Below, in pieces: positions 21,208 to 32,049 of a stretch of DNA of 64,000 nt. The translations under genes and the position numbers were made by a program. The stretch lies in the IMG/VR virus record IMGVR_UViG_3300044715_001089. The stretch is one strand, 5' to 3'. Origin of the DNA: an uncultured virus (IMG/VR IMGVR_UViG_3300044715_001089) (taxonomy: Duplodnaviria; Heunggongvirae; Uroviricota; Caudoviricetes). Below the pieces are notes generated by a model that made no database searches, had not been told where the DNA came from, and was given only the letters and a program-made list of their open reading frames with translations. Position 1 is the stretch's first letter, and each line of letters begins with the position of its first letter.

Positions 21208-23591
21208 TGAGTCTCAAGGTTAGGTCAGCTGGAATATGGCGTGACTCTATTCCATATGTTAAAGCAGCTGGTACATGGAAGATTGCTGACTATGTTTGGA
21301 ATAAGCAGTCGGGTCAATGGTATACATCTTTCATTAAGGGTGGTTTAATCGACAAGTCATGGGACTCACTTGATCAGACCGGACAGTTCGGAACAGCAGC
21401 TAGTAGTTTTATCTACTCATTAGCTATCCAATCTGACGGTAAAATTTTACTAGGTGGAAGTTTCATCACTTGGAATGGTACAAGCGCAGGTCGTATCGTA
21501 CGCCTGAACTCCAATGGAACTTTAGACACAACTTTTACGACAAATACTGGGACAGGAGCTAATGATTATGTTAACTCAATAGCTATCCAGTCTGACGGTA
21601 AAATTTTAGTAGTTGGAGGTTTTACCTCTTGGAATGGTACGACCGTAGGGCGTATCCTTCGCTTAAATTCCGACGGAACTTTAGACACAGCTTTTACCAC
21701 AAATAATGGGGCAGGAGCTGCTTTTGCCCTCAACTCAATAGCTATCCAGTCTGACGGAAAAATTTTAGTGGGTGGAGATTATGATTTCTGGAATAATACG
21801 GGAGTAGGTTATATCGTACGCTTAAATTCCGACGGAACTAGAGACACCACTTTTACCACGAATAACGGAACAGGAGCTAATAGTCGTGTCTACTCAATAG
21901 CTGTTCAATCAGATGGTAAAATTTTAGTAGGTGGTCAATACACCACCTGGAATGGTACGACCGTAGGGCGTATTGTCCGTCTAGATTCCACTGGAACTAG
22001 AGACACCACCTTTACTACGAATAACGGAACAGGGACTAATAGTACTATCTACTCATTTGCTATCCAATCTGACGGAAAGATTTTAGTAGGTGGAAATTTT
22101 ACATCCTGGAATGGTACGACCGTAGGGCGTATTGTCCGTCTAGATTCCGACGGAACTAGAGACGCCACTTTTACCACGAATAACGGAACAGGAGCTAACA
22201 ATTATATCTACTCAATAGCTATCCAGTCTGATGGAAAGATTTTGGTAGGTGGAGGTTTTACCTCTTGGAATGGTACGACCGTAGGGCGTATTGTCCGTCT
22301 AGATTCCACTGGAACTAGAGACACAGCTTTTAGCACGAATAACGGAACAGGAGCTAATAGTAACTATGTTGACCCAATAGCTATCCAGTCTGATGGTAAA
22401 ATTTTACTTGGTGGAGCTTTTTCCACCTGGAATGGTACAGGAGTAGGTTATATCGTACGCTTAAATTCCGATGGAACAAATGAAACACTATCCACTTTTG
22501 CTAACGCTGGTATTATCCCAGTAGTCGTCCAATCTGATGGAAAGATTTTAGTAGGTGGAAATTTTACCACCTGGAATGGTACAACAGTAGGTTATATCGT
22601 ACGCTTAAATTCCGACGGAACTAGAGACACCACTTTTACCACGAATAACGGAACAGGGGCCAACGCTGCCATTGTCTCAATAGCTATCCAATCAGATGGT
22701 AAGATTTTAGTAGGTGGAAATTTCCAAACCTGGAATGGTACGAACGTATATACTATAGTTAGGCTGAACTCCGATGGAACAAGGGACACGACTTTTACTA
22801 CGAACACAGGAACAGCAGCCAGTGGCAGTGCAATTGGCTCAATAGCTATTCAGTCTGACGGAAAGATTTTGGTAGGTGGAGGTTTTACCTCTTGGAATGG
22901 TACGACTGTAGGCTATATCGTAAGGTTAAACTCAGATGGAACTTTAGACACAACTTTTACTACGAACACAGGAACAGGGGCTAATAATAGCCTTAACTCA
23001 ATAGTTGTTCAATCTGATGGTAAGATTTTGGTAGGTGGTCAACACACTGCTTGGAATGGTACAACCGTAGGTCGCATAGTTAGGCTGAACTCCGATGGAA
23101 CAAGGGACACGACTTTTACTACGAACAATGGGACAGGGGCCAACAGTACTATTATTCCAATAGCTGTTCAGTCCGACGGTAAGATCATACTAGGTGGATT
23201 TAGTTTTAGCTCTTGGAATAGTACAGCTGTAGGTTCTATCGTTCGCTTAAACTCAGACGGAACTAGAGATACAGCTTTTACGACCAATACTGGGACAGGA
23301 GCCAATAGTACCATTAACGGAATAGCTATTCAGTCTGACGGTAAAATTTTACTTGGCGGATCTTTTACTACCTGGAATAGCACAACCGTAAACCGTATCG
23401 CAAGATTGAACTCCGATGGAACTTTAGACACAGCCTTCACTTCCAATACCGGGATAGCGCTCAATGGTAGTGTTAGCAGAATAGCTGTTCAATCCGATGG
23501 AAAAATTTTACTTGGTGGATTTTTCACTACGTTTAAAACAACTACTCAATTTAGAAGATATTTTGTTCGCATAGGAGGAGAGATAGCATGA
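21207..23591 (+). CDS. Delta-60 repeat (DUF5122-like) beta-propeller protein
   Basis: About 14 repeats of ~54 aa 'IAIQSDGKILVGG.FT.WNGT....IVRLNSDGT.DTTF'. Confidence 0.9.
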   Translation: MSLKVRSAGIWRDSIPYVKAAGTWKIADYVWNKQSGQWYTSFIKGGLIDKSWDSLDQTGQFGTAASSFIYSLAIQSDGKILLGGSFITWNGTSAGRIVRLNSNGTLDTTFTTNTGTGANDYVNSIAIQSDGKILVVGGFTSWNGTTVGRILRLNSDGTLDTAFTTNNGAGAAFALNSIAIQSDGKILVGGDYDFWNNTGVGYIVRLNSDGTRDTTFTTNNGTGANSRVYSIAVQSDGKILVGGQYTTWNGTTVGRIVRLDSTGTRDTTFTTNNGTGTNSTIYSFAIQSDGKILVGGNFTSWNGTTVGRIVRLDSDGTRDATFTTNNGTGANNYIYSIAIQSDGKILVGGGFTSWNGTTVGRIVRLDSTGTRDTAFSTNNGTGANSNYVDPIAIQSDGKILLGGAFSTWNGTGVGYIVRLNSDGTNETLSTFANAGIIPVVVQSDGKILVGGNFTTWNGTTVGYIVRLNSDGTRDTTFTTNNGTGANAAIVSIAIQSDGKILVGGNFQTWNGTNVYTIVRLNSDGTRDTTFTTNTGTAASGSAIGSIAIQSDGKILVGGGFTSWNGTTVGYIVRLNSDGTLDTTFTTNTGTGANNSLNSIVVQSDGKILVGGQHTAWNGTTVGRIVRLNSDGTRDTTFTTNNGTGANSTIIPIAVQSDGKIILGGFSFSSWNSTAVGSIVRLNSDGTRDTAFTTNTGTGANSTINGIAIQSDGKILLGGSFTTWNSTTVNRIARLNSDGTLDTAFTSNTGIALNGSVSRIAVQSDGKILLGGFFTTFKTTTQFRRYFVRIGGEIA

Positions 23592-23764
23592 CATACGAAT
23601 ATCAGCCAATAACAAAAGAACAGTTTATAGAACAGAATCCATTTGGAACTATTTCTAAACAAAACCCAGACGGCTCAACAACTCTTTTAACTCAAGAAGA
23701 ATACGATGATTGGGTTGAGTTCTCTAGGGGAATCTGGGATGACGCAACACCTATAGTAGAATAA
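23588..23764 (+). CDS. Small hypothetical protein (58 aa)
   Basis: Read manually; ATG overlaps the upstream TGA; GGAGGAG upstream. Confidence 0.6.
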   Translation: MTYEYQPITKEQFIEQNPFGTISKQNPDGSTTLLTQEEYDDWVEFSRGIWDDATPIVE

Positions 23765-23768
23765 TATA

Positions 23769-24371
23769 CTATTTAAATTTAGGTCCCTCAACCCAAATTA
23801 CAATAGACTTTCTAACTCCAGATAGAACTGGCTTTACTCCATGAAGCATGAATGATGGGAAAAAGATCATTTGTCCTTTAGACATCTTTAAGTTTGTTTC
23901 TTTTGCGCTTTGATGAATAAAGAAGTCACCACCAGTAAATTCTTTATCTGGTTCGCTTAAGAGTATTGTTACTGATAATTTTCTAGTGTCAAGCATATAG
24001 GTTGGTTTGGCCGAACCCATAATTAAATCTAAATGAGCATCATACTTTCCATTTTCAGAACCATCATACTCGGCATACTGAAAAAAGGAATAGCCATATA
24101 GATCAAAGCCATAAAAACGATCATTAACATTAACGATTGCTTCATTGATCTTTCTTATAAACCAAGAATTGTCAGCATCTACGTCATTAAAAGAGTTAGA
24201 TGATATTCTCACTTTATCGTCGTTATTTACAGTGTTTGATTTACTTAATTCCTTAGAGGAACAATACTCTATAATCGCAGATATTTCATCTTCGGTAAAA
24301 AGGTTTTCTACATAAGCCCAAGGCTCTGTGATCTTGTTTACAGCGTATGGGTTATTAGATATAAGCGTCAT
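23769..24371 (-). CDS. 2OG-Fe(II) oxygenase (PKHD/prolyl-hydroxylase type)
   Basis: 'YDAHLD', 'RKLSVTILL', 'GG', 'FPSFMLHGVKPV..G.RKSIV.W..GP'. Confidence 0.9.
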   Translation of the reverse strand: MTLISNNPYAVNKITEPWAYVENLFTEDEISAIIEYCSSKELSKSNTVNNDDKVRISSNSFNDVDADNSWFIRKINEAIVNVNDRFYGFDLYGYSFFQYAEYDGSENGKYDAHLDLIMGSAKPTYMLDTRKLSVTILLSEPDKEFTGGDFFIHQSAKETNLKMSKGQMIFFPSFMLHGVKPVLSGVRKSIVIWVEGPKFK

Positions 24372-24488
24372 TCACATACTATATCACATATTAGATTTAT
24401 TTAACAAGTCAATAATTTGATTACTATATTGTATATCTGGTTAATCTCGAGGGGTTAATTTTAATTTAGAAAGGTTTGGTCGAGGCCA

Positions 24489-25616
24489 ATGCCCAATTTT
24501 TATAATAGAATTAAAGCATTAAAATTTAGTACATCTGCTGATACAGCAGTTGAGATAGGCCCCTCCAGCAGTGCTACACCTAACTTTAGTATTGATGCTG
24601 GTGGTAAGCTAAACTGGTCATCTGGCTCTGCAACAGCCGACACAAACCTTTACAGATCTTCAGCTAATGTTCTAAAAACAGATGATAGCTTTGACGTTGC
24701 TTCTGGGAAAACTTATAAGATAGATGGAACAGATGTTCTAAGTTCTACTTCCTTGGGTTCTTCTGTAGTAGGTTCTTCTTTAACTTCAGTTGGAAGCTTA
24801 ACTGGATTAACTGCCGCAACACCAAACTTTACAGGACCTTTAACTTCTTCAGGTGCTGCAACTTTTTCTTCTAGCGTAACCGTAGCAGGAAACTTAACAG
24901 TAAACGGAACTACCACAACAATTAACGCAACAACAATATCTGTTGATGACAAAAACATTGAACTTGGATCAGTTGATACGCCCACTAATACCACTGCTGA
25001 TGGCGGAGGGATAACACTTAAGGGCGATACCGATAAAACTATTATCTGGAACGATGCAGCTACTCCTTCTTGGAACTTAAGTGAAAACTTAAATTTAGCT
25101 TCTGGTAAAACTTTTAAAATAAATGATACAGATGTGTTGACGCCTTCCGCCATTCTAGGTTCAGCGACTGCTGCTAGTATTGGAGCATCAACGGGAACTA
25201 CAACGGTAAATAATGGATTAGTAATTAAACAGGTTATAGAAACTACTACAATAGATACCACTACTAACTTAAGTGCATCTGCGACTAATGTTGACGTATT
25301 AAGTAGTTCTATTTATTATTTTAGTGGCACACCCTCTGCTAACTTTGCTATAAACATAAGAGGAAACTCTAGTGTTACTAACCTAAATGACATATTGTCA
25401 ACTGGACAGACTATTACCATTAGCATTATCATAGATAGGGCTGCAAATACATATAAATTAAGCACCGTAAATATTAATGGTTCTTCTCAAACAATAAATT
25501 GGTTTGGTGGGACAGCTCCATCTGCCGGGAATGCTTTAGACATTTATTCTATAACTGTACTTAAAACTGCAGCATCAACATACAAAGTATTTGCTAGTCA
25601 AGCCAAGTTTGCATAG
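24489..25616 (+). CDS. Tail-fibre-like virion protein
   Basis: 'GNLTVNGTTTTIN...VDDKNIELG...ADGGGI.LKG'; C-terminal 'INWFGG.APS...DIYS'. Confidence 0.7.
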   Translation: MPNFYNRIKALKFSTSADTAVEIGPSSSATPNFSIDAGGKLNWSSGSATADTNLYRSSANVLKTDDSFDVASGKTYKIDGTDVLSSTSLGSSVVGSSLTSVGSLTGLTAATPNFTGPLTSSGAATFSSSVTVAGNLTVNGTTTTINATTISVDDKNIELGSVDTPTNTTADGGGITLKGDTDKTIIWNDAATPSWNLSENLNLASGKTFKINDTDVLTPSAILGSATAASIGASTGTTTVNNGLVIKQVIETTTIDTTTNLSASATNVDVLSSSIYYFSGTPSANFAINIRGNSSVTNLNDILSTGQTITISIIIDRAANTYKLSTVNINGSSQTINWFGGTAPSAGNALDIYSITVLKTAASTYKVFASQAKFA

Positions 25617-25628
25617 TAGGTAATCAAC

Positions 25629-27081
25629 ATGCCATTTTTAACCTCACAAGGAAGTTTTAAACCAGGAAGAGGATTTTCAGCTGCGGGAAGAATTCCTAAT
25701 GCTCCTACGTTTCCAAACGGTATAAGTTCAGGAACAGTAAATGATAAAGCAGTTGGCGTAGTCTTAACTACTCCCAATTGGAATGGCCGGACTGCCAATA
25801 ACAACATATAAGTATGCTATTTCTTATTCTGATGATAATATTACATATGGCGCATTTTCAGCTTATACAAGCTTATCTTCTATCGCTACTTCATTTTCAA
25901 TTGGTAGTTTAAATAACGGACGTTATTATAAGATTAAGGCTAGAGCAGTTAATGCCCTTGGAGATGGGGAAGAATCTGAGGTAATAGGTCCTTTTAGACC
26001 AGCATATGCAGCTGGCGCAACAGTAGCATCAGCCACTTCTACTCCAAACCCTGTTGCTCCAAATCGTGGCGTTAGAACATTTACTGTTACCGTAACTCCA
26101 CCAAGTATAGTCAACTTTAGCTATGCTGTTCTACAAACCCAACTATCAGGTGGGGCTTGGACTACAAGAGAAGCTAACATAACCAATACTGGGACTACTT
26201 CTTATACATATTCTGCTACAGCATCACAAACATACAGCGCAAGATTAATAACCTATAATACTGACGGATATTCCGAGACTACTGTAATAGCTTCTAATAT
26301 TAACATTCCTGCATTGATAGATGACTCTTATGTAGTTCCAGCATTTGCGGGATCTGGGTATCATCCAGCGGTTGCAGCTGTAGCTTACGTTGCACCTGTT
26401 GCAGCAGTGGCAGCTTACTGGGATGACCCACCACGAGATGGTTATTATGCAGATAACTATTATTACGATTACTATACTTGGGGTTATGACTCAGACGGTG
26501 CTCAAGTGGGCTCGCCGGGAGAAACAGGAACATTTACAGTAACAGGGAATGCGTTTAGCCAAACATCGACCTATTCAATTCCAAGCAATAACGTTTCTGT
26601 TACAAACCTTGTTGTAGAAGCTTACGTTGTTGTTAACTCAGTCACTATCGTGACTACAGGTAGAAGATTCTACGTTGACTACAGTGGAGTTTATACAGAC
26701 GGTAGAAACTCCGGACAGACGGCATTTGATGCTCTTGCGGCTCCACATAGCACTACCTCAGGAGCTAACGTAGTTGTCAGAAGAAGTTTTAACGTTGCAA
26801 ATATAGGTTACGGAAATGCTGGTGCCGGTAGAGTTACCGTAAGAGGCGCAGGAACTATTGGGACATGGTCCACTTCACCAGACCAAAGAATAAGAGTTAA
26901 AGTTAAGTATGGTGGACAAGAAAGATCCTACAATAACCACCCTTATTGGGTTGCAGCTTTTGCGGGATCGGGTTACCATCCAGCAGTAGCAGCTGTAGCT
27001 GAAGTCCAGGCCGTTGCTGCTGTAGCAGCGTATTGGGATAACCCTCCATATGCTCAGTACACTGTTACCCAAAGCTATTAA
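25629..27081 (+). CDS. Fibronectin type III virion protein with +1 break at CGGA 25788-25791 (fused ~483 aa)
   Basis: The join gives 'PNWNG-G-LPITTY...L.NG..Y..K.RAVN..G.G..S', the canonical FN3 pattern. Confidence 0.8.
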
Positions 27082-27114
27082 ATAATAATACAATAAATAA
27101 AAAGGAAATTATAA

Positions 27115-27381
27115 ATGACCACATCAGATGATAAAATAAAGTTTGTATACGTAGTTGATGGAAAAGCCGCATTAAACTATATGGTTCCCGATCCCTCTAA
27201 ATTGCCAATACCGACCACTGATGAAGAGCAGCTTGTTAGCGATTCTCATTCAAACATGCTTAACGTTCTTAGATCTAATCCAATAATAATAGAGTGGGTA
27301 GAAACAGTCCCCATTGATACAGTTTGGAACGGTAGCTACTTTGAAGTACCACAAGTAGAACCAGAACCTGAAATCGAATAG
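27115..27381 (+). CDS. Small hypothetical protein (fibre-associated)
   Basis: 88 aa; 'WNGSYF' near the C-terminus; AAGGA SD. Confidence 0.65.
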   Translation: MTTSDDKIKFVYVVDGKAALNYMVPDPSKLPIPTTDEEQLVSDSHSNMLNVLRSNPIIIEWVETVPIDTVWNGSYFEVPQVEPEPEIE

Positions 27382-27394
27382 ACAGAAGAATAGA

Positions 27395-27571
27395 TTAATT
27401 AGAAGTTTTATAAAATCCAGATCCATTAAATTGGATTACCGGCGCATCAAATACTCTTTTTAATTCAGAGCTACACTCAGGGCATTTAGTATTCTTTTGA
27501 TCTTCTGCAATAGATCTAATCTCTGTATAAGAATGTAGATTATCTTTACATTTGTAATTATACGTTGGCAT
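27395..27571 (-). CDS. FmdB-family zinc-ribbon protein (58 aa)
   Basis: Read manually: MPTYNYKC...CPEC...RVFDAPVIQFNGSGFYKT. Confidence 0.8.
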   Translation of the reverse strand: MPTYNYKCKDNLHSYTEIRSIAEDQKNTKCPECSSELKRVFDAPVIQFNGSGFYKTSN

Positions 27572-27999
27572 TAGTCTTCTTCGTCGTCACCTTGATCGTC
27601 GTCGTCGTCGTTATTATCTTTATTAACTACGCCATCTGGAATAGCAGCAAGTCTGCAATATCCGCCACCCTGTACTTTTTGTTTAACAATTTTACAAACT
27701 CCAGAGCCCTCGTACTGAGCACAGTTGTTACACATGACGCCAATGCTTGCGTTGTCATTATCGGCTGCTTCAACGTACCCAACCCAGATGCCATTGCCGT
27801 CACTGTTAGAAAGTTTCCCATATTTTTTAGCAATTGATCTCAAAGAATCAACAAACTCTTGCTCAGCTGGAGCCATCTTGTAGTTTGTATTTTTTACCAT
27901 TTCACCAAGCCAATAATTTTTCATATTTTCCTTAAGATAAAGATTCTTCTTTTTTAGGAATACAAGTTCTGCAGCAATACTGAGAAGTTCCTTCTTCAT
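27571..27999 (-). CDS. Cys-motif protein (HiPIP-like CxxC...C...C); start may be later
   Basis: 'MCNNCAQY...VCKIV...GGYCRL'. Confidence 0.55.
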   Translation of the reverse strand: MKKELLSIAAELVFLKKKNLYLKENMKNYWLGEMVKNTNYKMAPAEQEFVDSLRSIAKKYGKLSNSDGNGIWVGYVEAADNDNASIGVMCNNCAQYEGSGVCKIVKQKVQGGGYCRLAAIPDGVVNKDNNDDDDDQGDDEED

Positions 28000-28150
28000 A
28001 TATTATACCCTTAATAAGGGTTCTGCTGCAAGAAGGACAAGTGAAACCTTTTCCAGGAACACCATAATACATTATTGCTTTTCCTGGTAATTCCTTCTTC
28101 TTTTCTTGAGTATTTGCTACATTTTTCTTTGCTGGTTTTTTAGCTGCCAT
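27932..28150 (-). CDS. Small zinc-finger protein
   Basis: 'CPSC...YCCRTC'; GGAG SD. Confidence 0.65.
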   Translation of the reverse strand: MAAKKPAKKNVANTQEKKKELPGKAIMYYGVPGKGFTCPSCSRTLIKGIIYEEGTSQYCCRTCIPKKEESLS

Positions 28151-28307
28151 TTTTCTCTCCCTTTATCAATAACTCAGTTACTATAACATTATGAGTTTTT
28201 TAAACATAATCCTTTATATAGTACATATGATTAAGACTTGGCGCACTTATTGGAGCTTGTTTACGAACCCTAATTCTCTCATACCCAATATAGGCTAGGA
28301 TTTTTAA

Positions 28308-29406
28308 ATGCCATACGTAGGAACTAGTAGATTTACGCAAGCCGATAATGGCTTATTCTTGCTTGGTAATACCGCTGCGCTAAATTATGGTGGAGAATCT
28401 CTTATAGATAGAGTCGCTGATCTGAATGAAAGTCTTTCTACTTCTACTGTTTGGTCTGGTCCTTTAGGATTTGGTGGAGAAACTACAACATCTAAAGATG
28501 TCTTTGATAGAACTTTGATGGGAGTATTTGACAGAGGGACACTTGAACGCCATGGCCTAGGGTTGGATCAATTATCAGGTGGAAACATGTCTGGTAATTT
28601 AAGTAATTCACGTAGGTTAGCCTTAAGGGATTTGCTAAGAGGTGAAGGGGTAATGCCAGAAGGTGATAGGTTATCTTCTATTAAAAACTTTATAGCTTTG
28701 CCAGCAGATCAAGTAGGTTCTAGAGGAGCCGGAAATCTTTTAGGAACTGCATTTCACGAAATAGGACATAGTGCTAGCTATACGATAGGGCACAACGCTG
28801 GGTTATCCCGTGAAATAGAAGCTTTTAGTAATATACAAAATCCCACTGCGATAGAACAAGTACAGCATTATCTTAGGCAAATGGCATACAGAGGAGCTGA
28901 AGAGGGTAGAGCTGAAGGTCTTGGAATTCTTGGATCTAGTGCAGGTGTAAAAGGCGATCAGTTTAGGGAAACAATTACACGAGGGAAAAATATAGCCTAT
29001 ACTAACGCAACTTCTTTTAACTCGATGTATGGTGAAGAAATTCTGACTCAATTACCTGAAGCTCGAGGTGCAGGGCTTTTATTAACCGGAGAGCAAACCG
29101 CTAAACAAGCTTTTCATGAGAGTTTACTGCAGGGGCTTACCGCGGGAGGTGCTTCTGAGGAAACTGTAAAAGCTACTAAGTCTGGACTTTCCATATTAGG
29201 ATCTGGTGAATGGGGAAAATCATTAGAGGCAATGGTAAAAAGCGCTTCTCAAGGAGGAGAAAAGTTAGGTCCATTACGGTAAATGGGTAGCTAATGGCTT
29301 AGAGTCCTATGGCCAACAAGGGATGATGCAAGCTGGTGGAATGGGTTCGGGAACATTGAATAGACTAGTTCAAGATGCCCGAAATGCAGCGAGGATCATG
29401 AGGTAG
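28308..29406 (+). CDS. HExxH metalloprotease-like protein; C-terminus extends past a +1 break at CGGT 29277-29280 (fused ~365 aa)
   Basis: 'FHEIGH...EE'. The +1 frame stays open to TAG 29404-29406, 2 nt before the next ATG. Confidence 0.6.
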
Positions 29407-29408
29407 TT

Positions 29409-31025
29409 ATGTCTGAATCAGCATGGAAGTTAATAGTCGAATCGTATGAGCGAGAATTAAAAAACGCTAAAACACCGGAAGAAAAAGCCCGTTGGCAAGC
29501 CGCTATAGATGAATCACTTAATCAGGCTAATGAACAATTTATTATATCTGAAGGTTCAATTAAATCTACTAGACAAGAAAAAGCTGCTCAAAAAGCTGCA
29601 AAAATTGAAAGAGCAAAAAATAAAAAAGCCTTAGAAGATGTACCTGGATTAATAGAAGAAGGTAAAATTACATACTTTCCTGGACACAGGCAACCGGATA
29701 GTAATGAAGCTGAGTTACTCCAATCCCAATTTAGCCAAGAGCGTGAAGCTCAACAAGCTAGACCAAAGAGAATTAGCCAAGATATTGATGCTCTTGCTGC
29801 AGCGGAAGATGAATCCAACGCAATGCTTAAACGAGATCGTGAAGCAAGGAGTGCTAAAACAAGCAGCTCAGCAAACAAACCTGCACCGAAAACAGTCAAC
29901 GCCACAAACGCCAGAACAGCAGAAGAAAGACAAGCAATTCTAGATGCTATTGCAGCAAGAAGACAAGCAGCGATAGATGCTGGCTCATCAAGATCTAATA
30001 CACCAAAACCAGCTCCAAATGTGCCACAAGGCGTTTTAAATGGCATCGATAGAAGGCAAGCGGCAATAGATCGTGCAAGAGATAGAAATCAACAAAAAAA
30101 ACAACCTATTGTTAAAGTAAATGAATTACCAGAACAAGTCTATGATGGTGTACCTGATTTTGAAACACCGGACATGGTGGGAGCAGATTGGACTCCGTTA
30201 GATGATTTTGCAGAGAATTTTGAAGATGATTTTGTAGAGAATTTTGAAGATAATCCCTTTCATGCTGTAGATGATACTCTTCCCACCGGGCAAAGACTAG
30301 CAAAAGTTGATCAAATAGGTAAGGATCTAGCATCTGAAGCTGAAGCAAAAGCAAAAAAAAGAGCACAAAAAAATGCTCAGAAACAAGAACTTATACAAAA
30401 AGATTTAGAAATAACAAAAAAAACAAGAATAGAAGAAATATTAAACAGAGAACCTCATCCAGGAGAAGCTATTAATGCAAGGATTCAATCTGGACAAATT
30501 AGCCTAGAAGATCTCAGCGTGAAGGAATACAGTCAATGGGAGAATCTACTAGCTGATCAAGCTAACGAACATGGTGGATTTTCCACAATGCATGGGTCTA
30601 AACCAATGATAAGTCCATCCACAGCTCCTAAAGTAGTAGCAGGATCGGTACCCCCCACAAAAATTACCCCCTTTCGTGCCATGCTAGGTAGGGCTAATGC
30701 AAGAGGAATGTCCGCATTGGAAGACACAATGGATCTTGTGGCTGATATATCTTATAACGCAAGAACCAGCAATACCTCAGGAATTATTGGGGATTTGATA
30801 CCTCAAACTATCTCTAACTTAAAACCAGTAGTGCAAAACATAAAAAATCATAGTACTTCAAAAAATATAATAAAAAATATGGGAGTAGCACAAGATCTAG
30901 TAAAAGATAGTAAGTATTATAAATCGGTGTCAAAAAGCAGAGGACAGCAAATTGCACTTGGCGCTTCAGTTTTAGCAGGTATTGGCGTGGCTTCAAACAG
31001 GAACTTAAAAGAAAGAAGAGGATAA
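29409..31025 (+). CDS. Hypothetical low-complexity helical protein
   Basis: 538-aa ORF, Ala/Lys/Glu rich, GAGGT SD. Confidence 0.75.
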   Translation: MSESAWKLIVESYERELKNAKTPEEKARWQAAIDESLNQANEQFIISEGSIKSTRQEKAAQKAAKIERAKNKKALEDVPGLIEEGKITYFPGHRQPDSNEAELLQSQFSQEREAQQARPKRISQDIDALAAAEDESNAMLKRDREARSAKTSSSANKPAPKTVNATNARTAEERQAILDAIAARRQAAIDAGSSRSNTPKPAPNVPQGVLNGIDRRQAAIDRARDRNQQKKQPIVKVNELPEQVYDGVPDFETPDMVGADWTPLDDFAENFEDDFVENFEDNPFHAVDDTLPTGQRLAKVDQIGKDLASEAEAKAKKRAQKNAQKQELIQKDLEITKKTRIEEILNREPHPGEAINARIQSGQISLEDLSVKEYSQWENLLADQANEHGGFSTMHGSKPMISPSTAPKVVAGSVPPTKITPFRAMLGRANARGMSALEDTMDLVADISYNARTSNTSGIIGDLIPQTISNLKPVVQNIKNHSTSKNIIKNMGVAQDLVKDSKYYKSVSKSRGQQIALGASVLAGIGVASNRNLKERRG

Positions 31026-31027
31026 CT

Positions 31028-31375
31028 ATGCCCATTAGATTCACTGATTCTGGGATAAAACAGACTGGGCTCATGTCGCAATCAAATGATCCAGCTGGTT
31101 ATACTGGTTTATCTGGAGCTCTAAATTTTAAAAGAAATAAATATTCTAGAGAAGATCTAAAGCCACACTTATTGCAAGTCGGAATGAGAGAGCCAGGGTT
31201 TAGGCAAGCAAGTGTTCCAATTAGAGGTCTTCAGTCAAAAGCTCCACAAAGAGGAATTTCACTATCAGCAAGAGCAGCAGCTCGAGGTAATTTTAGCTTT
31301 GCTAAAGTTAAAAGAGATGATATGAAAAGAGATCTTAACTACAACAGAAATCCTAACATAAACCCTTATCAATAA
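31028..31375 (+). CDS. Hypothetical basic protein
   Basis: 115-aa ORF, GAGG SD; last gene of the plus arm. Confidence 0.7.
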   Translation: MPIRFTDSGIKQTGLMSQSNDPAGYTGLSGALNFKRNKYSREDLKPHLLQVGMREPGFRQASVPIRGLQSKAPQRGISLSARAAARGNFSFAKVKRDDMKRDLNYNRNPNINPYQ

Positions 31376-31431
31376 AACGCTAAGACTTAAGACACTATAA
31401 AAAAAAATAACTCTTTAAATAAATAAATTAA

Positions 31432-32049
31432 TTACTTGTCTGTTGCATTCTGAACATAACAGTGGAATGGTGATCCAGTATAAGGATCATACTTAGCTGC
31501 CACTGCAATGGCCTTGAGAGCGATTGCACGGGCTTGTGAGACGGTAGGGGACTTCTTACCCATAAGGATCTGTAGAGCGCCTAAGGCGTACGGAGAACCT
31601 GTTCCTAGGGCATAAAGGCCACTAGCATCAGATGTCCAAGAATAATCCCCTTCTACAACATAGATAGATCCATTAAGGACTGTCAATATAGAAGAAGCAT
31701 GTTCGTTAATGTGGTTTTTATCTTCATTGCTTTCAGGAGTAGCATAGCCCTGATTCTCAAAACAGTTTATTAAAGCAGGGACAAATTTAGATGTAATGAA
31801 CTGATCTAGCTTTCTTCCTACTAAACCTGGAGTAGGCATGGGGGGTTGAAAAACGTGATGAAGAATATTGATTGCTCTCATGTCTCCGGCAGCACCGAGA
31901 AGGTATCTACCATTAGTTCCAACTTTATTAGTACTTTCTTTTAAAGTTGTTATCTGAGAAGCAAATCCACCAGAATCCATTGTTGATATTCTAGAGTCAG
32001 AACATATCAATGCGTAATTATCACCTTGTATACCTATAATAGTTGTCAT
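31432..32049 (-). CDS. Proteasome-beta/HslV-like Ntn threonine protease
   Basis: Starts M-T-T-I-I-G; 'SDSR', 'K', 'AGD', 'ALGTGS.YALGA', 'D.YTG'. Confidence 0.85.
   Translation of the reverse strand: MTTIIGIQGDNYALICSDSRISTMDSGGFASQITTLKESTNKVGTNGRYLLGAAGDMRAINILHHVFQPPMPTPGLVGRKLDQFITSKFVPALINCFENQGYATPESNEDKNHINEHASSILTVLNGSIYVVEGDYSWTSDASGLYALGTGSPYALGALQILMGKKSPTVSQARAIALKAIAVAAKYDPYTGSPFHCYVQNATDK

Noticed and set aside
21400..23570. Regular DNA repeats as a CRISPR array or DGR template
   Set aside because: The repeats are in-frame coding units without unique spacers; no cas or reverse transcriptase gene is seen.
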